From the NCBI GenBank assembly GCA_964187785.1, contig OZ076409.1, positions 98,954,001 to 99,018,000 on the forward strand: a stretch of 64,000 bases of DNA, in the 5' to 3' direction. This stretch comes from Amphiscolops sp. MND2022. Lineage: Eukaryota. Below the pieces are notes generated by a model. It was given only the letters and a program-made list of their open reading frames with translations. It was not told the DNA's origin and made no database searches. Below, piece by piece: positions 15,333-27,416 of this stretch (positions within the stretch are counted from its first letter, which is position 1; every line of letters begins with the position of its first letter). Both the position numbers and the translations under genes were made by a program.

Positions 15333-18300
15333 CTCTGACCTGAGAAAGGAGAAAATTGTGCAGAAGTTTCCGATGAACCCGATACAAAAGGTCGCAATGA
15401 GGAAGAGACCGCAAATAAAGTGCACGGAGTCCGGCACTGGGGCATAAAACACCTGTCGGCTCGTTTCTGTTACCCCCCCCACCCCCACCACCACAAAAAA
15501 TTTACCCGAAGTAAATTCCCTTGAGTAAAATTCAGACTAGCCTAATTAAAAGTAAAATCTACTTTCATAACAGGAAGTTAACGTCTATTAGGATAGTTTT
15601 TTGTTTTAAAAAAAACACTTTTCACACAATTTGACTATAATTATGTTCAAATTAACTGTTTTTTGTAAGTCAGAAAAGGAAGCTGTTGATTTCTTTATCA
15701 AAAATGCGTGACTTCATAAGCAAAAATAGTGTGAACAGCGTTGGCATCTCAATTCCGAACTGTCAGTCTGGAAATTAATATAAAATTGAAATTGAACGTT
15801 TCTGCTTTGTATTCAAGTCTTTTTGTTATCAGATTTTCATCAATTTTCCCAAAAAAAGTAGTGGTGGGAGGGAAAACAGAAAAAAGCCCACTTTTCGCCA
15901 GTTGGCCTCTGCTGCGTTCTGATTGGCTGAGACAACAGCTGGTTCTGATGACTCATCGGGAAGGGTGAAATCAGGGGAGGAGCGGAAACCGCTCCCTGTG
16001 AATGATGGAAAACTCATTTTGTACTTCAATAATAATAATAATAATAATATTAGCTTTTCGAGAATAACAGCGAAAGTGACTTTTGGAAATAGGTCAAGTT
16101 TGTTGAATAGATGGTCAAGGTTCACGACAAAGGCTAGACAACAAAGATTGCAATGAAAATCTTGTACTATTCGAAGCGATGTTATGAGACTTTTTCTTCG
16201 GGGAGAGCCGAAAGTTTCAATTTCTAAATTGGATAAATAAGGAAAGTCGTTAATTAATTCAAAGAATATAAGGAACACAATGGGGAAAACTTCAAACGGG
16301 GAAAAGAAGAAATTCAGGAAAAATCGTTAGTTAATTTAATGAATATAAGGAACACAATGGGGAAAACTTCAAACGGGTAAAAGAAGAAATAAAGGAAAAT
16401 GGGAGGTGTTGTAATTATCAAAGGAATAAAAATTGGTGACTAGCTTTTTTGACGTTAATGAAATATGTCGACTTCCGTTTGTATTGGTATAATATTGTCC
16501 TATTTGAGGCAACACTTTTTGTCGGCGTGTCTACCAAATCCTCGCTTCCCATTGGTCCAAATAAAATTTTCGTCAATAAGGAAAAGAACCAGTGTGAATT
16601 TTGAAATGGACAAAGGATCATGTTTCATATCCCCTATCCAATAGACCGCGGGAGATGTTATAAATAACCTTCATCCACCCTTCCATAGTCGAGACTGCTG
16701 GAATTTTTTACATGCTGCAGGCGTGCATGCAGGGTAATTTTCCATGAAACTTAGAAAGTTCTGTAAGATTCCGTCGGTGAATTTTGCCAAATTACACTGC
16801 ATTTTCCACTACTGTAATTCGAAGAAAATAATTCCCACTTCGTTATCCTTGCTGAAACTGCTTGAACTTTTTGCATGTACTTTAATGTTGCCAGCAACTT
16901 TTATTATGATTTTCTAAAACTCTTACGGAAACTTTAATGCAAAGATATTTACCTGTTGTATTCAACTTTTATCAAGCTGCTCAAATAGCACGTTGAAGAT
17001 GATGCTAGATTGCAGTTTATAACATGACTGAAGTCATTTCCCTTGTTGAAACTGCAGGAACTTTTTACATGGCGCAGACCTGCATGCAGGGTAAATTTTT
17101 ATAAAACCTAGAACAATCAGTGACCTTCGGGTGGTAAGTCATGTACAATTACGATGCATTTTCCACTACTGCAAATAAAATTGAAAATAAAATCCGCTAC
17201 ATTACCAACACGATCGCTTTGTATTCACTTTGTTTTCTCAACTACTCATCTGATATGATCGCCAGTTCTCAAATAGCGCTGAACATGACACTGATTTGCA
17301 GTTTATTACGCGATTGAAGTTATTTTGCATTAATTTAGCGGTAGAGCTGATAGCAACTTATTTGCCTATAAAATTATAACTGCTGCTTAATGAAACCTGC
17401 AAAACTTGAAAGCTCAAAATTGCCTCCAGAACATTGATGAATTTTGCAAGCAGCTTGATAAAAGTCAAATACCACAGAGAAATATCTTAGCAAAAAATAC
17501 TCCTACGTTTTTACATCAATAATAAAAGCTTCGGCCCATGGTTACTCCCCGGTTCACCTTGTTTCTAATCCACCCCAACACGAAAAGACTTTTTTCCTGA
17601 GAAAAAACTTGTTGCACGAATCAAAGTTTTCTATATGGTTACAGATACATAGAGGATTGTCTCTACGACTGTTTTGACACTTTGAGTCAAAAAATTCCCT
17701 AATTTTTTGAAATTTTTGTCCATGATTTTTTATATATCAATGTCCAAAAACGCAAAACGTCACTCTTGAAACAAACCAAACTAGTATGGAAACCCCTATT
17801 CTAATGCAAATTTTCTCTACTCCAAAGTAAAAGTGGCAAATTTCTAACTCTGATTGAATATTAAAGATAGGATTATGTGAATATCAATTATTATATTGGA
17901 CCAAAATTCTGTCGCAAACTATGTCGACATAATGATATTTGAACCGAGGTCGCATTGGGGATGGATTCGAAACATGGTTCCAAACTTTTCGGCTTAAACT
18001 TACCAACTTACTTGGCCGATTCAAAGATCATGGTTCCAACATTTGTTTTTTTGTGATTTTGTTTTTGTGTAAGAAATGTGAAACGTGATACCAAAGGGGT
18101 TGTTCTGCAGTTCTATTACAGCTTTGAATCTTAGAATCTAGAAAATCGATCGATCTACAGAAACAAACAAGGGTACCAAAAAGGTGAAGAAATTTAAGTC
18201 GAAAAACTTTTTTTTACAAATTCTAGTGTCTGAGAAATCTTAGGAGTATATCTTCCTCAAATTTCGATCACAATCACAACGGTAGATATTTTTATCTGGT

Positions 18301-18503
18301 TTTCAAATTGAATAGTTTTTAAATTGAATCTCCATCTTCTTTTTCGCTGATAAATGCGCTGTAATTCGCATAATTTTTTCCTTCGCCAATTCAGAACAAA
18401 AACAATGTCGAGGTTGGAAAATGCCAACAGTTCAATGATCAGTCAATCCAAAACTGGAGGAATCTCCGCAAGGACAGAATACGAACGGAATCATCGGCAA
18501 GTA

Positions 18504-18681
18504 CAGTAAACCCTCGATTATCCGCCACCATCGGTCCAGCGCGAATTATGGCGGATAAGTGAGAGTAGCGGTTAATCAAGGGAGCTTAGACACGGGTGTT
18601 ATAGCAAAATGTCCCCGTAGATTTGTGGCGGTTGACCAAAGATGGCGGATAATCGAGTGGCGGATAATCGAGGGTTTATTG
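18504..18681. mobile_element. Tc1/mariner/pogo-type MITE, 178 bp
   Basis: TIR CAGTAAACCCTCGATTATCCGCCA / TGGCGGATAATCGAGGGTTTATTG, TA on both sides; second copy inverted at 48524-48701. Confidence 0.85.
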
Positions 18682-18937
18682 TATAACTGAATATTCCCCG
18701 GAAACGCTAGAAAGAGTTAGTCCAAGACTAGTTCTGGAACCTTGAGATTGGTAACAGCAGTAATAAATTTAAATTTGGCAAACGCACCAGTGGAAGAATC
18801 GCAGTCAAAACCTAATGCTTGTTTCTGAAATAACAACTCGATTCCCTGTCAAACTTTACGAAACTCTAAATTCTGCTGCATTTCATTAAAAATTGAAAAC
18901 ACTTGCCTTTCTGGCCACGAACTGAATATTATGTAGA

Positions 18938-19405
18938 AACAAGACGAGAACGTCCAAAGTCGGCGCCATATCTAAGGCTCAAAAAGCGCAAAAAATTTTT
19001 TTGGAAAAAAACATGAATTTTTGAAAAAAAAATTTCTTTCAAAAAAAGTCGCATAGTGCCGAAAAATGTAAAAGGGGGGACCCTTTGTGATGTATTAACA
19101 TACATTCAGTTGCAAAATATGAAAAAACTCGAAGGGGGGACCCTTTTGGAACAATAAAAATTTTTTCGAAAAAAAGTCGCACAGTGCCGAAAATACCCTT
19201 TGGGGACCCTTAGATGATATAAAAACTACTTTTGCGCCAGTATTTTAATTTTGCTAAGTAATAATTGTAAGATTTTGAAAATTGTAAGAATTGTAAGAAA
19301 AGTGGACCACTCAGAGTGAGATTGTCAACTGAAAAAAAACAAAAAAAAACTACTCACTGTAAGAGTCGGGCTTTTTTCCTTAAGGGAAAAGGCGCCGACT
19401 AAAAA
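18938..19405 (-). mobile_element. HINE/DINE-1-like non-autonomous element
   Basis: aacaagacgagaacgtccaaAGTCGGCGCC ... agtcggg..aaaaGGCGCCGACTaaaa; reverse orientation of the 2074-2473 family. Confidence 0.65.
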
Positions 19406-19593
19406 CGTGGATGGTTTCGTTATGTAGCTAACATCAACTCCGTGATTTTTATATAGAGTTGAATAGAGTAAATCGCCAATATTCTATTAGCACGATTATC
19501 ATGATAATCAACCTTGTAACTGATCGCTTGCGATTACTTAATTGACGAACTATTAATTAAGTTATTGCTAATCCATTACCTGATTCAATGTCT

Positions 19594-19950
19594 TTTTAGT
19601 CGGCGCTTTCGTAGAAAAACGCAGACTATAGTAGTGACTTCTTTTTTTTTAAGAAAAACGAAGTGACAGATTTTATAAGCTTTATAAGCTGACTTGAACT
19701 AACACTAAATGCCACACCACTTCTACTGGCACTTGAGATAGAGGTTAATTAGGCTTTTTTGAGGTCCCCTTTCACATTTTTCGGCACTATGCGACTTCCC
19801 GGAGACCAAAAAAATTGGAAAAAAATCGATTTTTTTTCTCAATTTTTTCCTCATGCGGGTACTGTAGAAGTGAATACTTGACACTTTGAAGTCCTTTCGC
19901 TATTTTTGAGTCTTAGATATGGCGCCGACTTGGGCCGTTCCCGGTTTGTT
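19594..19950 (+). mobile_element. HINE/DINE-1-like non-autonomous element
   Basis: ttttAGTCGGCGC ... GGCGCCGACTtgggccgttcccggtttgtt. Confidence 0.65.
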
Positions 19951-20049
19951 ATGTCTTAAAATGTAGCTCTTTGTTTTACTTTTTACAGATGCCGACCACT
20001 TTCAACAATCAATCATTTCTGGGTATAACTTGAAGGAACCGTAAAAAAT

Positions 20050-20508
20050 GGGAGCGGGACAAAACAGCAGATTTTAAACGGGACAAAACAGCCGATTTTC
20101 AAAATAGGGCAAAACAGCCGATTTTCAAAATAGGACAAAACAGCCGATTTTAAAGCAGTACAAAATCGCAGATTTTGTCAATGCGTAAGATTATTACTAT
20201 AACGTAGTCAGCTATGTTCACATACCCCTAGTGCCCTAAATGCAGGAGCGAAGCGAAGCGGAGCGACGTGCCATATGGCCATGCCTCAATGTTGCTACGT
20301 GGCGAAGGGAGCGAAGCGACTGAGCCGTACAACAAATATGAACCTCTTTGAATAAATCAAGTTCCATGCATATTGGCTGTAACGCACTCATTTTGATCCG
20401 TTTTGAAAATCGACTGTTTTGTTCCATTTTGAAAATCGGCTGTTTTGTCCCATTTTGAAAATCGGCTGTTTTGTCTCGTTTTAAAATCGGCTGTTTTGTC
20501 CCGCATCC
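20050..20508. mobile_element. Mutator/foldback-like MITE
   Basis: Long inverted arms made of ~22-bp subrepeats (ggacaaaacagccgatttt / aaaatcggctgttttgtcc), G-starting termini, imperfect 9-bp TSD gtaaaaaat/gtaaaaata. Confidence 0.6.
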
Positions 20509-21021
20509 GTAAAAATAACTAATTGCTTGCACAGCGCAAAATTACTATGGAAAACGTTTTTGTTCTCCTTGGGTAAAATTTTAGCCCGCAAACCGCCTCC
20601 TAGCGACCAGAACATCTGATTTTGGGGTTTTTAATCCAGATTGGTTAGGTATTTCTGATAAGTTTTAGGAATTATGAGAAGTTTTTTTTCAGAATTATTT
20701 TCAAAATTTAGGAATTACCGTGTAACACTTGTAACATTAATTCTTCAATATAACAATAATTTGAAAGAAGTTCTTGATGATGTTGCTATTTCAACAAAGG
20801 TAAGTTTTGAAATATAGGATTCGTAGCTGTTCGCAATCAAACTGTTGCTGAATATTCGTTCTAGTGAATACAATTGAAAAGTCTAACTTTCTAGAAAAAG
20901 TTAGTTTCCCAAGAAACCTCAGTGATCCCCACCCAATAATCCAATCCCCCATAAAATTAAACAGTTAGCTATAACTACAGAATTATATGGGGATTCAATT
21001 AGTGAAACTACAGTGAGACTA

Positions 21022-21687
21022 CAGTAGTGATATTATAAACAGCAACAAAAGGCAAATCTCAAAATTGAATATCTCTGAAACAGCAGCGAATTTTGAAAAA
21101 TGATAAAAGTGAAAGTTTCTTCGATTTTCATCTAGTTTACAAATATGTTTGTTTGAAAATTATGCGATGAAAATTGTAGAAGTTACGATAGGCCATTTTT
21201 AGCCAAATTTAGGCCGAAATTGAGGTTTTTCTCACTTTTGACATATACTTTTGCTCAAAATTTTTGAAAAATTTCATGTTCAATTGGCACCCCTGATTTA
21301 ACTGAAGCCTCTGATATGTTTTGATTAGGAAATCATTCTAAAATCGCAAAGAAAATGCGCTGTAAAATTGAGTTTTTCCGAAAACACATGTATTAAGATA
21401 CGATTTTGAAATATAGCCACTTAAAACAAGCTGGTACTAATACAATTTACAAAATTTTCAAGAAAAAATTATATTGTCAGATTCGAAATGTTTGAGAGAA
21501 TTTTTCTGTCTAAATTATTTTGAAATCAAAAAATTGTAAGTGGGTCAAAAATTCAAAAAACTAAAAATTGATGTTTTGGAAATCGCTCTCCACCAATGAA
21601 ATGAGCGCGTGAGACGTTATTTAGCTAATGAGATTTGTTTATTTGCTCTTCCCGCGTGCTTTGTTGCTTTTAATAATATCACTACTG
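21022..21687. mobile_element. Tc1/mariner-type MITE
   Basis: TIR CAGTAGTGATATTAT..AGCAACAAA / TTTGTTGCT..ATAATATCACTACTG, TA flanks. Confidence 0.8.
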
Positions 21688-22809
21688 TACAGTGAAACTG
21701 GTGCAAGTGTTCAATTGTACCTCTGTTCAAATTGTCTGGAACCTTCAGAGGTCAATAACTTTTTTTATAATTTTCTTTCGTTTTATCATTCAAAAAAGGC
21801 CCCTCCGGCCTATCTCAATAACTCGGCGTGCGAAAGCATAATTACCACTCGCTCGTTCAATGGTAATTCAAAAAACGAATTGTTGTTGGCAGCTTGAGAA
21901 ATTTAAATAACCCATAAACTCACTGCCGAACAAAATATCTGACTTATTCAGTATCACGGCACAAATTTTATTGAAAAAAAGTTGAAATCTTGGAATTTCA
22001 ATAATATTCTTGCTATCGCAGAAGTAAAAAAATTAAGATTCACTATAAAAATTGGTGGAATATTTGGAAGCATCAAACTTACCGCCATATTAGTGTTCCA
22101 TTATATTGAAATACAAAACATTGTATTTTAGTTTTAACATGGCAGTATTTTCGGATTCATTTTTTTCATTACTTTCTGCCAAAAGCTGGGAAAATTGTTG
22201 TACTTGGCCTAGCGGTTAATACAGACTTTCACGATTGATGACGAGTCTTCTGAAGTAGAAGTACATGAGATTTAGGCCCGTACTTTCTAAAAATTTTAAA
22301 TGCTTGGCACTGTGTGAGTTATTGAAGAAATTTTTTGAGCGATGTTTTTGGTTTTTTTGAGGTTTCCAGTTTTCACAAAAACTATTCCTGAGCACCTGAA
22401 ACAAAATGCGTTTTTTCAGCTTTGTGCAAATTTTCACTAAACGTTTGTCACAATAAGTTGGATGCTTCGATTTTTTAAACCAAATACCCTTCGACTAATT
22501 CCGGCACTGTAATCCTTTTACATAAAAATTTAAAAATTTCGGAAATATCACAGTTCTCCTTTTCGTGATAATTTCGGTTGTGAAAAGTCGTTTTTTGAAT
22601 CCAAAAGCTTCCTCTTTGAAAGTTTATACTCTTGGCCAAAAGTTTGAGTTTTTACGGTACTGCGCAACTATTTTTCGAAAGTAATTTTTTGTCAGAAAAG
22701 TCTATTTTTCTTACCATGAAAGATCCCCTTGTTACAGTATATGAAAAACATTGCAGTGCCACCCCGCTTCGTGTGATGCGGAACAACTTCAGTCACGTTT
22801 TGAGTAATG

Positions 22810-22885
22810 GGAGCATGGTGTAGTGGTTAGAGCATTCGTTCTGTACTGGGGCGGTATCAGGTTCGAATCTCTCTCAACTCACCAT
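22810..22885 (+). mobile_element. tRNA-derived SINE head (Pol III A/B boxes)
   Basis: A box TGGTGTAGTGG and B box GGTTCGAATC at tRNA-like spacing; stems do not form a proper cloverleaf. 3' extent uncertain. Confidence 0.5.
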
Positions 22886-23708
22886 TGTTGGGCCTTAAGC
22901 AAGTCCTTCATCCCTAGCTTAGTGGTATGGTCAGTGACACAAAGTAACGCATGTGGCGGAGAAAAGCAAAACAAAAAAAGCAACGGTGAGCAGTCAGACC
23001 TTTGCGACCTTGAGCAAGTCACTTTTAAAACACGGCTTCAAGCCCACCATTGCTTGATCACTTGGCTGCAAATATGGTTGCAGCTGATGGTTGCCAAATA
23101 TGGTTGCTGCAAATATGCTTGAACACTAGAAACAAGTTCGTCTTCAGACTGTAGTTTGAGAAGCTGTTTTTACGAAGGATGAGTAGTTGAGGAATCAAAG
23201 TGTGAATGCAACGTGATCGTGCTAGTAACGAAGCAGGAATTTTTTTCGAGGAAAATCTTGTTTGCTGTCCCGATTTAGGATCCAGCGATTTCGTCCCACG
23301 TTCAAAGTCGGCTGTTTTGTCTGGTTTCAAAATTGACCCCGTTGCTGAAAAAATGCAATCCTTGTAAAAAAATACCAACGTATTTCTTACAAGAATATTA
23401 GACGTAAATGTAAGATTTTTCAAGAATCACTTGCCTGGTGAGATCTTGCCACGAAATTAATTCCTTGTAAGATCTGTGCACAGAATCCAATATTCGAACA
23501 TATCTATAATAATAATAATTGAATTTATCAGGTGGCGTTATACATGTTCCAGAATTTCAAAGTAGAAATATATATATATATATAAAAGCCCCTGAAAAGA
23601 ATTCCTACAAGCACAAAGGCTTTTCGTGAGGAATCCTTTTTTACAACAAAAAAGGTATGAGTTATTGGTTAAACAGAAACTTGGTTGTGGTAGAGGTTTG
23701 ACACTTAA

Positions 23709-26528
23709 TTATCTATTGTAGAGGAGATCGATCAGTTCACCGTTGCCAAAAATATATAGATCTGAAATTTGGCGATAGAAGTTTTGAACCTGCTTTTCAT
23801 CCATTTCACATATATTTTCCTCGGACGGCAAGACACCCCACTTACGTAAAGCATTCATTAGTATTATTGCATGAGAATCTAGCCGATCAGTTTTTGCAGC
23901 GTAGTTCCAAACGTTTAGACTTCTGTTTCTTGTCTGCCTGGCTTGAGCCCCAATCTTCAAATTTTTGAAACCATTTCGAATCTCATTAATAGAGTACTTG
24001 AAAACTTCGTAGATATGGTATTCAAAAACTGTGCCAATTTTTAGCTCTTTAAATTTTGCCATTACACTAGCCCTTGGTGGAAGTCGGAATGCTATCCGAA
24101 TTATTTTTTTTTGAAGTAACATGATTTTTTGTAGTCTTGTTTTCGGGCTTAAACCATACAAAAGAACCCCATATTGAATAATTGGCGATATATATGATCG
24201 GATGTATTGTACTAATTGTCTTTTGTTCAGTGTTTCTCTTAATTTGTAAAGAATTCCACTCTGTCGTGCAAGTTTCCCAGTGATTTTACTAATGTGCACT
24301 TCAAAGTTCAATTTTTTATCAAAATGTATGCCCAAGTACTTGTAGTTTTCACATGAGGAAATTTCATGATCCCCAATTGCTGTATTTGGATGATTTACTG
24401 ATCTCTTCTCGAAAACAACAAACTTCGTTTTCATGTAATTACAGTCAACGTCATTTTCATTCAGCCAGCTTTGAAACAAACTTTTGTCATCTGATCTAGA
24501 GTTTAATTTTTCTATCATAACTGTGTCATCAGCATATTTTACAACTTCGCTCTGCCAATTTTCATCTGCACCCAGGTCATTAATATATACAAGAAACAAA
24601 AGTGGGCCAAGAATAGATCCCTGTGGTACTCCACGTTTTATCGATCTCATTTTTGAACATTCATTTTCAATTTTAACATACTGAAATCTATTTGCCAGAT
24701 AGTTTTCCAAGAGCTTATGAGGAATCCCTCTAATACCATAATGGTACAACTTTTCTAACAAGATTTTATGATCAACTGAATCAAATGCTTTCCTGAAGTC
24801 GACAAAAATGCAGTTCGTTTTGGCTTTGGATTGCCAATTTTCTTCTATTTTTTTATATAGCGATGTTGCTGCTTGGATACAATTTTTCTTTTTCCTGAAT
24901 CCGTATTGATTTTCCGAAAGGAGTGAAAACTTTTCTAGATAGTTCATCAATCTTTCGTGGATTACTTTCTCAAATACTTTTGATAAATTACCCAAAATTG
25001 AGATTGGTCTGTAATTTGAAGGTAAATTTTTTTCTCCGGCTTTAAAAATTGGAACTACTGTGGCAATTTTCATACTTTGGGGGAAAACTCCTTCTGAAAT
25101 GCATTTATTAAAGGCAGTTTTTAGGTAAGGACTAACAATTTGTGCCGCTTTCTTTAAAACTCTGACATCTACACCATCTTTTCCAACAGATTTTTTGTTT
25201 TTCAATGTTGCGATAATTTTCAATATTTCATCATCATTTACTGGACGTAGAAACATAGATTGCGGTTGGTCAACTTGCTGACTTTTCCATTTAGGAGCGG
25301 ACTTGTTATTTTGTTTATCACAAGCAGTGACGAAATATTTATTGAAGTCTTCAACAGATAGTCCTCCAAAATTTTTCACTTGGGTGTCAGTTCCTTTCAT
25401 TTTTTTAATATGTCTGTACAGTTCTTTTGGATTATTTTGCTCAATTTTGTTTTGAACTTCATTTCGTTTTGCAATTTTAATCTCCATGTTGACTTCATTT
25501 CGTTTCTTTTTGTATTTTTCGTGATCAAGCTCTGTTTTTGTTTTGATCCATAGCTGGTAAAGTTTATCTCTAGTAGCTATTTGCCGTTTTATACGATTTG
25601 TTATCCATGTTTTTTTGCAAGCGCGTCTTTTTACTTTTTTTAGCGGAAAGTATTTGTCTGTGGCATCGTGAAGTAGTTGTGCAACCTTATCAAGATATGC
25701 TTCGGCTTCTGTGTTTACCTCATCAATTTTCCCCAGAGAATGACTCAAGAAAAAGAGAAACTTTTCACAGTAGAGAGGATCTTCTAATTTTTTCAAAGAT
25801 CTAAATTCATAGATGTTTTCTACGACCTCATGGTATATATTGATATCCAACTTCAAGCTGTAGTGATCGGAGAATGTAGTCTTTACTATCAGGGATCGTT
25901 GAACAGGAACATTGCTGTATATCGAATCTATACATGTACTTGATGTAGCAGTTTCTCTAGTAGGTTCTCTCAAACTAACCAAATCAAGTCCTTGTGAAGA
26001 CATCAAGTTTTCTAGCGTTACCCGTGCTGCAAGGGACACGTTCAAGAGATCAATATTGAAGTCACCACATGCTATTTGTAAACCGTCGCCATTTTTCACC
26101 AACACTTCTTCAACGTGTTCTAGATACTGGTTTCTGTTTCTGGAAGGTTCACAGTAAAAACAAGAAACAGTGAGTTTCTTTTTCTTTTTGGAGTCACTAA
26201 TTTTTACTGATACTGACTCATGTATCTCATCAGTGTGTATTAGTTCTGCTTCCAAGTCTAACGTAACATAAATTGCTACTCCTCCACCTCGTCTTTTATT
26301 CCTAGTACTGGTAAATGGTCTGTGGTATCCGTCTATGCTATAAAGTTCTACATCATTTTCGTTCTTAAACCACGTTTCAGTTAGTGCGATAACAGATGGT
26401 TTTGATTCTGCTATCAAAATTTCTAGATCACCTAAGTTTGTTGATACTGATCTTACGTTATTATAGAAAAATGTCAACCCCTCTACCACACAGTTTTCGA
26501 AGTTTTGGTTTTTCAAATTTGCAGTCAA
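23709..26528 (-). CDS. LINE ORF2: AP-endonuclease + reverse transcriptase, 939 aa (TTG start)
   Basis: APE motifs NVRS, LTETW, GGGVAIYV, GDFN, ID, SDH; RT motifs NYRPISIL, QYGFR, DFRKAFD, GVPQGSILGP, YADD, YKYLG. Confidence 0.95.
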   Translation of the reverse strand: MTANLKNQNFENCVVEGLTFFYNNVRSVSTNLGDLEILIAESKPSVIALTETWFKNENDVELYSIDGYHRPFTSTRNKRRGGGVAIYVTLDLEAELIHTDEIHESVSVKISDSKKKKKLTVSCFYCEPSRNRNQYLEHVEEVLVKNGDGLQIACGDFNIDLLNVSLAARVTLENLMSSQGLDLVSLREPTRETATSSTCIDSIYSNVPVQRSLIVKTTFSDHYSLKLDINIYHEVVENIYEFRSLKKLEDPLYCEKFLFFLSHSLGKIDEVNTEAEAYLDKVAQLLHDATDKYFPLKKVKRRACKKTWITNRIKRQIATRDKLYQLWIKTKTELDHEKYKKKRNEVNMEIKIAKRNEVQNKIEQNNPKELYRHIKKMKGTDTQVKNFGGLSVEDFNKYFVTACDKQNNKSAPKWKSQQVDQPQSMFLRPVNDDEILKIIATLKNKKSVGKDGVDVRVLKKAAQIVSPYLKTAFNKCISEGVFPQSMKIATVVPIFKAGEKNLPSNYRPISILGNLSKVFEKVIHERLMNYLEKFSLLSENQYGFRKKKNCIQAATSLYKKIEENWQSKAKTNCIFVDFRKAFDSVDHKILLEKLYHYGIRGIPHKLLENYLANRFQYVKIENECSKMRSIKRGVPQGSILGPLLFLVYINDLGADENWQSEVVKYADDTVMIEKLNSRSDDKSLFQSWLNENDVDCNYMKTKFVVFEKRSVNHPNTAIGDHEISSCENYKYLGIHFDKKLNFEVHISKITGKLARQSGILYKLRETLNKRQLVQYIRSYISPIIQYGVLLYGLSPKTRLQKIMLLQKKIIRIAFRLPPRASVMAKFKELKIGTVFEYHIYEVFKYSINEIRNGFKNLKIGAQARQTRNRSLNVWNYAAKTDRLDSHAIILMNALRKWGVLPSEENICEMDEKQVQNFYRQISDLYIFGNGELIDLLYNR

Positions 26529-26618
26529 ACTTTTGGTTTATTTTTTTTTCGTTACAAAGGCGGCAGTGTTTTTTGTGTTTTTGTTTATTATACTTATTGT
26601 AAGTTTGACCGCAAAAAT

Positions 26619-27416
26619 TTAGTCAGCTACCAGTTGTCCACTATCGAACCGAAAATGCTTCAATACGGCCAAAGAATCTGCATCATCTGGCGACTCACGG
26701 ATCCGTTTGAGAAGACTTTTCAAAACATCCTCCTGTGTCTGGGGAGCTGGTGTTTCATAGCCCATATTAAATTGTTTCCGCTTGGTACTGTTGTTTCGTT
26801 TGACTGCAATGTCTTTGATATCCTCCACAGCACGGAGGGTTTTCACAGCCCGACTTGTAAATTTTCCTTGTGAATTTTCAAAAACTTTAACTTCACAATT
26901 TAAAGTTGTTGTCACTAGCCCAAATTCTTCTGCCTTCTCCTTTATTTGTTTTTGATGCACAGGCAGACGTTCCCTCAGGAATATGCTTCGCCCATTAATT
27001 GGATTCTTTTTACCCGCTAGCCATGATTTCCTGCCATATATTTCAGATTTTTCTCCAAAATAAATAAACTTTACAATAACCGGTGGTTGTTTTTTGCCAG
27101 CTTCAAACTTCCCCAAAAAATGGCAGGCCTTAAAATTAGAGGGATGGGACTCGTAGTTGAGGTAATTTTTCAGAAAGTTGCAAACCTGGATCTCTAAGTT
27201 CCACTTACTGTCTCCCAGCGGCATATTATCAATAATTAAGCAGTCTTTCGATGAATATTTTTCAATTTCATTGACTCTTTCTTCCAAGCTCTGTACTTGG
27301 TTTTTCAAATCAGTAATATCTCGGTCTTTGGTTTCAAGTAATTTGTATAATTGTTCAAATAGGAGCCGTAATTGAGGTGATTCCACCTTTGAAATTTCAG
27401 TTTGAAAGGTTTCCAT
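26619..27416 (-). CDS. LINE ORF1 (coiled coil + RRM-like), 265 aa
   Basis: N-terminal heptad coiled coil, then LIIDNMP, PPVIVKF and IFLRERL motifs typical of LINE ORF1p; lies upstream of ORF2. Confidence 0.85.
   Translation of the reverse strand: METFQTEISKVESPQLRLLFEQLYKLLETKDRDITDLKNQVQSLEERVNEIEKYSSKDCLIIDNMPLGDSKWNLEIQVCNFLKNYLNYESHPSNFKACHFLGKFEAGKKQPPVIVKFIYFGEKSEIYGRKSWLAGKKNPINGRSIFLRERLPVHQKQIKEKAEEFGLVTTTLNCEVKVFENSQGKFTSRAVKTLRAVEDIKDIAVKRNNSTKRKQFNMGYETPAPQTQEDVLKSLLKRIRESPDDADSLAVLKHFRFDSGQLVAD

Noticed and set aside
15741..16278. Overlapping 75-149 aa ORFs
   Set aside because: Non-ATG starts, an (AAT)n microsatellite inside, no recognisable domain or splice-phase support.
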